Positions 6,508-14,892 of a stretch of DNA of 15,197 nucleotides are shown here, one piece after another (positions within the stretch are counted from its first letter, which is position 1; every line of letters begins with the position of its first letter). The DNA is from Hadesarchaea archaeon. Its GTDB lineage: Archaea > Hadarchaeota > Hadarchaeia > Hadarchaeales > WYZ-LMO6. The stretch spans positions 1 to 15,197 of the forward strand of contig JAPDJF010000025.1 of assembly GCA_029259185.1 (NCBI GenBank). The letters are read 5' to 3'. The notes under the pieces were generated by a model that was not told where the DNA came from, ran no database searches, and saw only the letters and a list, made by a program, of their open reading frames with translations. Position numbers and translations under genes: made by a program.

Positions 6508-6556
6508 TTGCACATAAACTATTGCTTGCACATAAATTCCTTAGTTTGCACACAAA
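6508..6556 (+). repeat. Three tandem TTGCACAYAAA direct repeats
   Basis: Copies at 6508-6518, 6526-6536 and 6546-6556 (periods 18 and 20). Confidence 0.85.
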
Positions 6557-6634
6557 TTCTGGGGGCCAAACAAAACAACATGTGGCACCCCAACCATCCC
6601 AATTTTTGCCTTGTGACCGCCTCATAACCCAAAA

Positions 6635-6651
6635 CAGAAACGCTTTTATAT
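6635..6651 (+). promoter_or_regulatory. BRE/TATA promoter of the thermosome gene
   Basis: CAGAAACGC-TTTTATAT about 58 nt upstream of ATG 6709. Confidence 0.6.
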
Positions 6652-6708
6652 GGGAAGTTTTCAACTTATCTTGATTCTAATTGTGATGTAGTTAAAGGGG
6701 TGTATGAG

Positions 6709-8355
6709 ATGGCATCAACTCCAGCACAACTGGGCGGAACACCTGTCTTGATATTGCCTGAAAAAGTCACCAGGTACTTGGGGCGAGACGCCCAGCGCAT
6801 GAACATAATGGCCGCCAGAGTGGTCGCGGAGGCAGTTAGAACAACTCTCGGTCCTAGGGGAATGGACAAGATGCTGGTTGACAGCCTCGGAGACGTTACG
6901 GTAACTAATGATGGTGTCACGATTCTCAAGGAAATGGATGTGGAACATCCAGCGGCTAAGATGATGGTGGAGGTCGCGAAGACCCAAGATGACGAGGTGG
7001 GTGATGGCACCACTACTGCTGTGGTACTCGCGGGAGAACTTCTCAAGAAAGCGGAAGAGTTATTGGATCAAGATATCCATGCTACAGTCATCGCCAGTGG
7101 ATACCGAAGAGCGGCGGCCAAAGCCCAAGAGGTTTTCGATGGAATGGCCAAGAAAGTGTCGAAAGACGATGTCGATTTGCTCAAGAAGATCGTTTCGACC
7201 TCCATAAGCAGTAAAGGGTCTGAGATCAAAGGGGGGAAGCTCGTCGATATAATCGTTGAGGCTGCGAGGCAGATAGTGCGTGAAGAGAATGGGAAACTGA
7301 AGGCGGATAGGGATAAGATAAAGGTGGAGAAGAAGATAGGTGGTTCCTCCTCTGATTCCCAGCTCATCAAAGGTATAGTACTCGACAAAGAGGTAGTTCA
7401 CCCGGGAATGCCGAAGCGGGTGGAGAATGCGAAAATAGCATTGATAAGCAGTGCTTTTGAGGTCGAGAAGACGGAGACGGATGCCAAGATCAACATAACG
7501 GATCCAGAGCAGTTGAAGAGCTTCTTAGATGAGGAGAGGAAGATGCTTGCGGACATGGTGGAGCAAGTGAAAAAGGTCGGAGCTAATGTGGTTCTCTGTC
7601 AGAAGGGGATAGATGACATGGCCCAACACTACCTCGCGAAAGCCGGTATCCTGGCGGTTAGGAGGGTGAAGGAGTCAGACATGCAAAAGCTCGCTGACGC
7701 CACCGGTGGGAGAGTGGTGATGAGTTTGAAGGATCTCGGATCCTCCGATCTCGGTTCGGCAGAACTCGTGGAGGAGAGGAAGGTAGCTGGAGAGGAAATG
7801 GTGTTCGTTGAGGGGTGCAAGGATCCGAAAGCGGTGAGTATTTTGGTCAGAGGAGGAACGGAGCACGTGGTCGATGAACTCGAGCGAGCCGTCCACGATG
7901 GAATATCGGTGGCCTGTGTAGCGATCGAGGATGGAAAAGTACTTCCGGGTGGAGGAGCTTCAGAGATAGAAGTGGCGAAGGCCCTCAGGGACTACTCAAA
8001 GGAGCTCGGCGGTAGGGAAGCGTTGGCCGTGAACGCTTTTGCTGATGCTATTGAAATCGTACCAAGGACGTTGGCCGAGAACTCCGGCCTCGATCCGGTG
8101 GACATACTTGTGAAACTCCGGGCAAAACATGAGGAGTCGGGCGGAGAACCCATGGGGATCGAGGTGGTCAGCGGGGAGATAGTGGACATGATGAGTAAGG
8201 GGATCATGGAGCCGGTGAGGGTGAAGTTGCAGGCGATAAAATCGGCTAGTGAGGCGGCGGAGATGATCCTCAGAATCGATGATGTCATAGCAGCGGGCAA
8301 GACAGAGGAAAAGGAGAAGGGCCCCGGTGCTGAGGGCGGCGCTGGGTTCGAGTAG
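6709..8355 (+). CDS. ths: Thermosome subunit (group II chaperonin)
   Basis: [50 protein letters not shown] 6709 follows a GGGGTG SD (ORF track uses GTG 6700). Confidence 0.98.
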   Translation: MASTPAQLGGTPVLILPEKVTRYLGRDAQRMNIMAARVVAEAVRTTLGPRGMDKMLVDSLGDVTVTNDGVTILKEMDVEHPAAKMMVEVAKTQDDEVGDGTTTAVVLAGELLKKAEELLDQDIHATVIASGYRRAAAKAQEVFDGMAKKVSKDDVDLLKKIVSTSISSKGSEIKGGKLVDIIVEAARQIVREENGKLKADRDKIKVEKKIGGSSSDSQLIKGIVLDKEVVHPGMPKRVENAKIALISSAFEVEKTETDAKINITDPEQLKSFLDEERKMLADMVEQVKKVGANVVLCQKGIDDMAQHYLAKAGILAVRRVKESDMQKLADATGGRVVMSLKDLGSSDLGSAELVEERKVAGEEMVFVEGCKDPKAVSILVRGGTEHVVDELERAVHDGISVACVAIEDGKVLPGGGASEIEVAKALRDYSKELGGREALAVNAFADAIEIVPRTLAENSGLDPVDILVKLRAKHEESGGEPMGIEVVSGEIVDMMSKGIMEPVRVKLQAIKSASEAAEMILRIDDVIAAGKTEEKEKGPGAEGGAGFE

Positions 8356-8575
8356 TTACTGCGGTCAGGGATCAGATATATTTGCGATAAGAAAATACAC
8401 CAAATTTGAAAAAGCCAGGATAATAGGGGCTAGGGCTCTTCAGATATCGATGGGGGCCCCGGTCCTCATCGAAGTCCCTAAGCACTTGACGAGTTCGATC
8501 GACATAGCAACTTATGAGTTTGAGAAAGGGGTTTGTCCCATAACGGTGATCAGGGAACTGTCTAGGGAGGATTGA
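8327..8575 (+). CDS. rpoK: DNA-directed RNA polymerase subunit K (Rpo6); start uncertain
   Basis: [25 protein letters not shown]...[13 protein letters not shown]. The conserved region begins at about 8390. Confidence 0.93.
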   Translation: MLRAALGSSSYCGQGSDIFAIRKYTKFEKARIIGARALQISMGAPVLIEVPKHLTSSIDIATYEFEKGVCPITVIRELSRED

Positions 8576-8578
8576 GGG

Positions 8579-8584
8579 TTTTTT
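8579..8584 (+). terminator. Possible oligo-T terminator after rpoK
   Basis: T6 tract 3 nt after the stop codon. Confidence 0.35.
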
Positions 8585-8612
8585 ATTAGTTCGGCTTCCC
8601 TCTTCTTTTCTG

Positions 8613-9629
8613 ATGGGTGTACAGCTCGGTGGGGTCTTGCCGAAGCTCGAGATGGGGCTGGAGGAGCTTAGGGGAAAGAAGGTGGCGATAGATGCGATGA
8701 ATTCACTATACCAATTCCTAGCCATCATCCGGCAGCGAGATGGAGAACCGCTTCGGGACTCCAAGGGGAGGGTGACCTCCCATCTCTCAGGTCTCTTTTA
8801 TCGAACAGCTAACTTGATCGAAGCGGGGATCTCACCCATTTATGTGTTCGACGGTGAACCTCCGAGGCTTAAGAGGAAGACGTTAGAGGATAGGAGGGCT
8901 TTGAGGGAGAAAGCGGCCCGGGAGTGGGCGAGGGCCCTCCAAGAGGGGAGGATCGAGGACGCGAAGAAGTATGCGGAGCAAGCCACACGGGTTGATGAGT
9001 GGGTAATAAAGGACGCGAAGACCCTGTTGAACCTTATGGGCCTTCCGTGGGTTCAGGCTCCGGGAGAGGGGGAAGCGCAAGCAGCCCACATGGTCAGGCG
9101 GGGCGATGCATGGGCCGTGGGAAGCCAGGACTTTGACAGTCTCCTCTTCGGGGCACCGGTGCTCGTGCGCAATTTGGCCATTACTGGTCGGAGGAAGCTG
9201 CCCGGGAAGGATGTTTATGTGGAAGTCAGACCAGAGGTGATCGAGCTCACACGCGTTCTCTCCGAACTTGGGATAACGAGGGAGCAACTGGTGGATGTGG
9301 GTATCCTTGTGGGGACGGATTTCAACGAAGGAATTAAGGGGGTGGGTCCCAAGAAGGCGCTCGAGTTCGTGAAGAAGCACGGATCGCTCGAACGAGCTTT
9401 CGAAGGGATGGATCTCGGGGTGGATCTGGAGGAAATACGCAAGATATTCCTAGAGCCCGGGGTTTCGGATGATTATGAGCTCAAGTGGGGGGATCCGGAC
9501 CCGGAGGGGATCAAAGACTTCCTCTGCGGGGAACATGATTTCTCCGAGCAGAGGGTTCAGGTGGGTATCCAAAAACTAATGAAGGGAAAGGGGGAGAAAA
9601 AGCAGAGTTCGTTGGAGAAATGGTTTTGA
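8613..9629 (+). CDS. fen: Flap endonuclease 1
   Basis: MGV start, [52 protein letters not shown], and C-terminal PIP box QSSLEKWF. Confidence 0.98.
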   Translation: MGVQLGGVLPKLEMGLEELRGKKVAIDAMNSLYQFLAIIRQRDGEPLRDSKGRVTSHLSGLFYRTANLIEAGISPIYVFDGEPPRLKRKTLEDRRALREKAAREWARALQEGRIEDAKKYAEQATRVDEWVIKDAKTLLNLMGLPWVQAPGEGEAQAAHMVRRGDAWAVGSQDFDSLLFGAPVLVRNLAITGRRKLPGKDVYVEVRPEVIELTRVLSELGITREQLVDVGILVGTDFNEGIKGVGPKKALEFVKKHGSLERAFEGMDLGVDLEEIRKIFLEPGVSDDYELKWGDPDPEGIKDFLCGEHDFSEQRVQVGIQKLMKGKGEKKQSSLEKWF

Positions 9630-9647
9630 ACGAAGTCCTCTGGAGTG

Positions 9648-10325
9648 TCATTCCTCCTTCCATCCGTACATCCCCACCAGCGGGACGAAAGAACACTGCG
9701 TGAAATCTCTTATCCGTACCTCGCTCTCCCCCACCTTTTTCGCGACCTTCCACACTTGGAAAGAATAAACGTGTCCTATGGGTGCCCCAATCTTTCCACC
9801 TATCCTCAGTTGATCCAACAGGGGCTGGGGGAAGGAGGGAGAGCATGCAGTGATCAGGATCCTGTCCCACGGAGCTTCCTCCTCATATCCACACGTCCCG
9901 TCTCCTACAACGACCTTGACGTTTCCGTATCCAGTCTTCTTGAGATTTTTTTTTCCAAATTCTGCGATCGCCGGTATGCGTTCGATGGAGATCACTCTTC
10001 CAGCTTTCCCCACGATTTCGGCTAGCAGGGCGGCATTGTACCCCGAGCCCGTTCCTATCTCCAAAACCTTCTGTCCCTTTTCCAAGTCGAGGGATTCGAG
10101 CATAATGGCGATCATGCTCGGAGCAGAAATCGTCTGTCCGTGGCCTATGGAGAGAGGCGTATCTTGGTATGCGTATTTCCTGAGATTGGTCGGCACGAAT
10201 TCTTCCCTCGGTACCCTCTCGAAAGCCTCGATAACCTCAGCTCGGTGGAGAACCCCACAGCGGATCAAGAACTCAACCATTTTCTCTCTCTCGACCTCGA
10301 AAGTCAGAAATATCCCACTACTCAT
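9648..10325 (-). CDS. pcm: Protein-L-isoaspartate O-methyltransferase
   Basis: VPREEFV, AYQDTPL, GQTISAP, VLEIGTGSGYNAA, GDGTCG, APWDRI, FVPLVG. Start is ATG 10325 or 10280; the longer ORF-track start overlaps DUF371. Confidence 0.95.
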   Translation of the reverse strand: MSSGIFLTFEVEREKMVEFLIRCGVLHRAEVIEAFERVPREEFVPTNLRKYAYQDTPLSIGHGQTISAPSMIAIMLESLDLEKGQKVLEIGTGSGYNAALLAEIVGKAGRVISIERIPAIAEFGKKNLKKTGYGNVKVVVGDGTCGYEEEAPWDRILITACSPSFPQPLLDQLRIGGKIGAPIGHVYSFQVWKVAKKVGESEVRIRDFTQCSFVPLVGMYGWKEE

Positions 10326-10335
10326 TAAGGAGTAG

Positions 10336-10755
10336 ATGGAAAAAATAGTTGAGGTAGTGCTCGCGAGAGGACACCCTTCGATAACGGCCAGACATCCCAC
10401 CACTCTCATGATAACTAAAGAGGAAGAGGTGAGCCCCCGAGGGGACTGCATAGTGGCGGTGGGGGCGGACAAGGCGGTCGTGGATTTGGGGGAGGGGTTC
10501 AAGCATAGGCTGAGGTTGGGATCTCGTGTAAAGGCGAAGCTCGAGGTTCAAGGAGTTGTGGAGATCGTTGAAGGCTGGGGGCATCCCGAACTTCCACTAG
10601 ATCATCCGCTGGATATCGTTTTGCGTAAGAGTTCATTCATTTGCGGGAGGACCCTCATGGTGAGGGCCAACAAAGCGGCTGGGGACATCTCTCGGGACTT
10701 CGTAGATCTTCTTAGGGATCCAAAGGGTTTGGTGAAAATAACGCTTGAGACTTGA
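10336..10755 (+). CDS. DUF371 family protein (COG2090)
   Basis: ARGHPSITARHPTTLMITKE, RGDCIVAV, LRKSSFICGRTL, ANKAAGD. AGGAG SD upstream. Confidence 0.9.
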   Translation: MEKIVEVVLARGHPSITARHPTTLMITKEEEVSPRGDCIVAVGADKAVVDLGEGFKHRLRLGSRVKAKLEVQGVVEIVEGWGHPELPLDHPLDIVLRKSSFICGRTLMVRANKAAGDISRDFVDLLRDPKGLVKITLET

Positions 10756-10767
10756 CGGGTCTTGAAA

Positions 10768-10974
10768 TCAACGTCTGGATCTTGCCCTCTTCCCCCTCCT
10801 GTACTTCTCGGGCATGAGTTCGGGGGGGAGGAGGTATGGGATGCCATCCACGATAGGATAACGGTTCGAGCATCCAGTACATATCAGCTCGTTTTTCTTG
10901 AGTTTGAGATCTTTCTTACACACCGGGCATGCTAGGATATTCAACAGTTCCCTGCTTATGGTTCTCTTGGGCAT
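10768..10974 (-). CDS. Trm112-like (UPF0434) small protein
   Basis: LLNILACPVCKKDL...LICTGCSNRYPIVDGIPYLLP. Confidence 0.88.
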   Translation of the reverse strand: MPKRTISRELLNILACPVCKKDLKLKKNELICTGCSNRYPIVDGIPYLLPPELMPEKYRRGKRARSRR

Positions 10975-10983
10975 CTGAACCCC

Positions 10984-12372
10984 TCAAATTTCGGTCGTAT
11001 ATTTCTTTCCATACCCATACCCGTAAACTTCCCTGCGCAGCTTCCGTATGTGCAGGTAGTTCCCTACATACCTTTTGATGCCGAACCATATCAGCCCGAA
11101 CTCCCTCCGTTTCAGTACTTTCCTGAACGCGCTTTTCCAACCTTCTCGCTTCGAGAAGTCCGCGCATCGGTTGCAGAGTTCTTGGAGTTCTTCGGTGGAG
11201 TAAGGAGTGAGTCCGAGTTCAGGTGCGGTGGCCACGAATTGGTTCGGCCTCACCTTCCCTAGTTTCCTGGCCCAGTTCCATATGGCGGATCCGACCATGT
11301 AGAGCAGAATGTTTCCATTGATGAAATCTGCACCCCCTTTCTCCAAGAACTCTATCGAGTACTCCATATGCTCTTTGGTTTCCATGGGGGCACCGAATAT
11401 CAGACTGCCCAAAAAGACGATTCCATACTCATCACACAACTTCAAGGACTTCTTCACATATTCTGGCCACTTCTCCGGATATCTCGTCTTGTTGTACCAT
11501 CTCACAACCTCTGGCACCACAGATTCCACCCCGTAGCTCAGGGCCAGTACCCCCATATCGCGCATGCTCCGATAAAGCACCCTGCTAGGCACATCTACCC
11601 TCGCTTGGCCGAAGAAGTGAAACTTGAGACCATTCCTCTTCATGAGTTCTGCCAGCTTTATCACCACCTTTGGATTGTTGGTGAAGTTGTCATCGGCTAT
11701 CCATATCGAATCAAAACCCTCCCTATCGAGTTCCTTCAGCTCTCGTAGGATTTCATGGGGAGAGCGAACCCTGAATCCCAGCTTTTTAGGTCGGTTGCAG
11801 TAGGTGCATCCGTACCTACAGCCTCTTGTCGTTAAGATGCCCGTGACCTTCCCCACCGCTTGCATCCCATAGAACTTTCCGTATTCCACATGGGAGACGA
11901 GCCCCCTGTCGGGGAACGGCAATGAGTCTATGTCGTGTGTCTCTTTTGCGTAGATTATCCCTCTCGGTCTCTCCTTGATTATCTCACATATCTCAGCTTC
12001 CGCCTCCCCGACCACATAGGCGTCGGCATCTATCTCTTCTAGGTACTCGGGCGGGCTCACAGAAATGTGGGGCCCACCTACCACGATGTATGCATCCGAA
12101 TGCTTTCTGGCTACTCTCACGATGTGCTTGCATGAATCGAGGGTGAGGGTGAGGCAGGTGATTCCTATCACATCAGGGTTTATGGTTTTTATCCTCCCCG
12201 CCAGTTCGGCCAATGACAAGCGTTCGGCCTCAGCGTCTATCACATGGACTTCGTGACCTTCCCTCTCCAAAATCGCAGATAGGTAAAGTATGCCAAGTGG
12301 GGGGGAATAGGCGGAGAGGGCGCTACGCTCTCGGAAGCTTATGGGTGGATAGATGAAGAGCACCGATGCCAT
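10984..12372 (-). CDS. Cobalamin-binding radical SAM protein (class B / BchE-like)
   Basis: PPLGILYLSA, VVGGPH and VGEAE (B12 domain); TRGCRYGCTYC, DDNF, GVES and GAPMET (radical SAM domain). Confidence 0.92.
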   Translation of the reverse strand: MASVLFIYPPISFRERSALSAYSPPLGILYLSAILEREGHEVHVIDAEAERLSLAELAGRIKTINPDVIGITCLTLTLDSCKHIVRVARKHSDAYIVVGGPHISVSPPEYLEEIDADAYVVGEAEAEICEIIKERPRGIIYAKETHDIDSLPFPDRGLVSHVEYGKFYGMQAVGKVTGILTTRGCRYGCTYCNRPKKLGFRVRSPHEILRELKELDREGFDSIWIADDNFTNNPKVVIKLAELMKRNGLKFHFFGQARVDVPSRVLYRSMRDMGVLALSYGVESVVPEVVRWYNKTRYPEKWPEYVKKSLKLCDEYGIVFLGSLIFGAPMETKEHMEYSIEFLEKGGADFINGNILLYMVGSAIWNWARKLGKVRPNQFVATAPELGLTPYSTEELQELCNRCADFSKREGWKSAFRKVLKRREFGLIWFGIKRYVGNYLHIRKLRREVYGYGYGKKYTTEI

Positions 12373-12390
12373 ATCTTTTTCGTTTTAATG

Positions 12391-12405
12391 CCAAAAATAT
12401 ATAGG
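12391..12405. promoter_or_regulatory. TATA box in the divergent intergenic region, possibly bidirectional
   Basis: CCAAAAA-TATATA between the divergent starts 12372 and 12420; about 26 nt from ATG 12372. Confidence 0.4.
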
Positions 12406-12419
12406 AAAAGGGGGCTCAC

Positions 12420-13439
12420 GTGATTTCCAAGAGTGGACGGAGAAGAAGGTTGCTCCTTCCCTTATTCATCGGAGCCGTTTTCGTCCTGACCCTCATGCTA
12501 ATCGCTGGGGAAGATCTGTACTCGATGATTGACGCGCTAAGACATGCGGACTTCTTGATGGTGGGATTCGCGATATGTATTTACTTTTTCAGCGTGGTGG
12601 TTTGGGCACTCAGGTGGAACGTGTCCCTCTCTTTTGTGGGTTCGCGGGTGGGGATCAAAGATCTTTACATGATTCTCACCGGGAGTGTTTTCATCAATAA
12701 CATCACCCCGGTCATGCGTGGTGGGGCGGATCCGCTCGGGAGGGTTTACTTGGTTGGAAAACTGAGGAGGGTTCCCTACTCATCGGCCTTCGCCACCACT
12801 CTCGTGGAACACCTCTTCGATTTTCCAGTCGTGGTCTCTTTCCTGATGTTTGGGTTGTTGCTGGTCTTCAGTGGTGGTCCGTCTCACGTATTTTGGATGA
12901 TCATCGGTAGTTGGATCCTCCTCTTGGTTCTCCCCCTCACCATCGTGATATATCTCGTCAAAAACAAAGTCGGAATCCGGAAATTGAGCAAATTCGTAAC
13001 CGTGTTGTTGAGGATGGTCAGGATGGGAAAGAGCAAACTCAAGATCTTCAGGGCGATCTCGGACACATACTCATGTTCGTACAAGGTGATGAGCAGGTGG
13101 AAGTGTGTTTTCTCCCTTGCTGCTCTCACCATCTTCATCTGGATCCTAGATATGGTTCGCATTTTGCTGGTTTTCTTAGCACTGGGATACCGTCCTGGGC
13201 TGGCAATGTTACTCCTATCCTCTTCTCTCCCCACCCTCGTGGGTTTAATCCCCTTTCTCCCAGGGGGGCTCGTCTTGGTGGAGGCTACGATGATATCCAT
13301 CTTCACATTTTTCGGAGTTCCATTCGGGCTTGCATTAGCGGCGACCCTCATAGAGAGGATGATATCTTTTGTGCTGAGCACCGTGGTGGGGGCAGGTGTA
13401 CTCTCTTATCTTGGCGTTCGGGCATGGAGGGCGACGTGA
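12420..13439 (+). CDS. Flippase-like membrane protein (UPF0104 / lysylphosphatidylglycerol synthase TM region, COG0392)
   Basis: Multi-TM protein with ALRW, NNITP..GGADP, EHLFD, PFLPGGL..VE and IERMIS. Confidence 0.88.
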   Translation: MISKSGRRRRLLLPLFIGAVFVLTLMLIAGEDLYSMIDALRHADFLMVGFAICIYFFSVVVWALRWNVSLSFVGSRVGIKDLYMILTGSVFINNITPVMRGGADPLGRVYLVGKLRRVPYSSAFATTLVEHLFDFPVVVSFLMFGLLLVFSGGPSHVFWMIIGSWILLLVLPLTIVIYLVKNKVGIRKLSKFVTVLLRMVRMGKSKLKIFRAISDTYSCSYKVMSRWKCVFSLAALTIFIWILDMVRILLVFLALGYRPGLAMLLLSSSLPTLVGLIPFLPGGLVLVEATMISIFTFFGVPFGLALAATLIERMISFVLSTVVGAGVLSYLGVRAWRAT

Positions 13440-13737
13440 CGCTACCGATATCAAACCGCGTCACTTTTGGGATACCTTCGGTCACCCCCCGTAAATCGCT
13501 TGAGATCCGAGAATCATGGGTTAAAGAAGGTGCAATCCGTTAGCCCCGCACGTTTCGTCACGCATCCGCTAACCGAGCGGGAGCACGGGGGGTTGGGTGA
13601 TCCGTTAAATCGAGCAACCCCGGTGTACTTCGCATCCAGAAAAATCCGTGCCGGGTTGATGTGGGATTTTAGGACGGCGCAGCCCATCCCTCCGGAGGAT
13701 GTTTTTAGAGTGAATAACCCTTCAAAATAAGGGGAAG

Positions 13738-14892
13738 ATGCGGATCGCGATGGTCTGCGACGAGTTCTATCCAGAGATAGGCGGAGCGTCCGTCTACACG
13801 ACTCAGCTCAGCTCAGCCTTAGCCAAGCTTGGGGTTGAGCCCGTGGTTATCACCCGTGCCCGTGAGGGACCCACACATGAAGAGGAGGTTGGGGGGGCCA
13901 GGATCAAACGCTTGAAAGGATTTTCGCTTCCTAGGGCGAACAGGGAGGTGTCTCTAAAACTCTTCAGGGATCTTTACCAGTACATAAAGCACGGAAGCTT
14001 CGATGTCGTACACGGACAGGATATTTATTCCACCATGTCGCTGGTAGCGATTCACTCCGCCCGAAAGCGAGCCATCCCATCCGTCGTCACATGTCATTCC
14101 ATCCACAAGGCATGGGGTGCATGGAGAGCCATCTACTTCCCCGTCCTCTTCACTCTGCGTCGCGTTGATAGGGTGATAACCGTGAGTAAATCAGTGGAAA
14201 GTTTCTGCCATGCTTTGGGAGTTTCCGCGAGCAAAACCGTGGTCGTCCCCAATGGGGTCGACCCTCAGAAGTTTAACTCTCGGGTGGGGGGGAAATTGAT
14301 GCGTGAGAGATTGGAGCTCAAGAGGGAGGATCGTCTCGTCGCGACTGCCATCCGGTTGGTCAGGAGGAAGGGTATCCGCGTCCTCCTTGAAGCTTTTGAC
14401 TTAGTGATAGCAGAATTTCCGGATGTGAGGTTGGCCGTGGCGGGATGGGGTCCCGAGGGGTGGAGACTGCGTAGCTGGGTGAAGGGGAGGGGGTTGGAGG
14501 AACGAGTTGAGTTGCTCGGCCCGTTGTTGCATGAAGAAGTCGCCGAGTTGATGGCGGCGGCGGATGTCTTCGTCTTGCCTTCGACTGTTGAGGCATTCGG
14601 ATTAGCTGCAGTCGAATCCATGGCGGTGGGTACCCCCTTGGTCTGTCCGAGGGTTGGAGGGATTTCAGAGTTCGTGAAGGATGGACTGAATTGTTTGATG
14701 TTCGAGCCCAACGATCCTCGCTCCTTAGCGCGCGCGATAGTTCGACTGCTCGGTGACCGGAAGCTGGCCGAGCGCTTGAGTCGGGAGGGAATGTCCACGG
14801 CAAAAAAATTCAGTTGGGATAGAACGGCTAAGCTGACTTTGAAAGTTTATGAGGAGGTGAGTAACAGTTGCCGATATCTTCACAAATACTAA
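13738..14892 (+). CDS. Glycosyltransferase family 4 (GT-B, RfaB/PimA-like)
   Basis: MRIAMV, FYPEIGG, VVPNGVD, RKG, DVFVLPS..EAFGLAAVESMAVGTP, FSW. Confidence 0.95.
   Translation: MRIAMVCDEFYPEIGGASVYTTQLSSALAKLGVEPVVITRAREGPTHEEEVGGARIKRLKGFSLPRANREVSLKLFRDLYQYIKHGSFDVVHGQDIYSTMSLVAIHSARKRAIPSVVTCHSIHKAWGAWRAIYFPVLFTLRRVDRVITVSKSVESFCHALGVSASKTVVVPNGVDPQKFNSRVGGKLMRERLELKREDRLVATAIRLVRRKGIRVLLEAFDLVIAEFPDVRLAVAGWGPEGWRLRSWVKGRGLEERVELLGPLLHEEVAELMAAADVFVLPSTVEAFGLAAVESMAVGTPLVCPRVGGISEFVKDGLNCLMFEPNDPRSLARAIVRLLGDRKLAERLSREGMSTAKKFSWDRTAKLTLKVYEEVSNSCRYLHKY

Noticed and set aside
6661-6674. TCAA-N6-TTGA palindrome downstream of the thermosome TATA as a heat-shock operator
   Set aside because: Only 4-bp arms; no convincing match to known Phr or HSR1 motifs.
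10326-10502. N-terminal extension of pcm in the ORF track
   Set aside because: Overlaps the well-conserved DUF371 gene on the opposite strand.
13518-13555. GGTGCAATCC...GCCCCGC as a cobalamin riboswitch near the B12 radical SAM
   Set aside because: GGGAA, ACTG and B12-box elements are missing, and it is not upstream of the B12 gene.
13540-13575. Minus-strand GGATG...GAAAC as a hammerhead ribozyme or group II intron domain V
   Set aside because: No CUGANGA core and no correctly placed catalytic triad or bulge.
13467-13730. 87-aa ORF between the flippase and GT4
   Set aside because: TTG start without SD, atypical composition, no recognisable motif.
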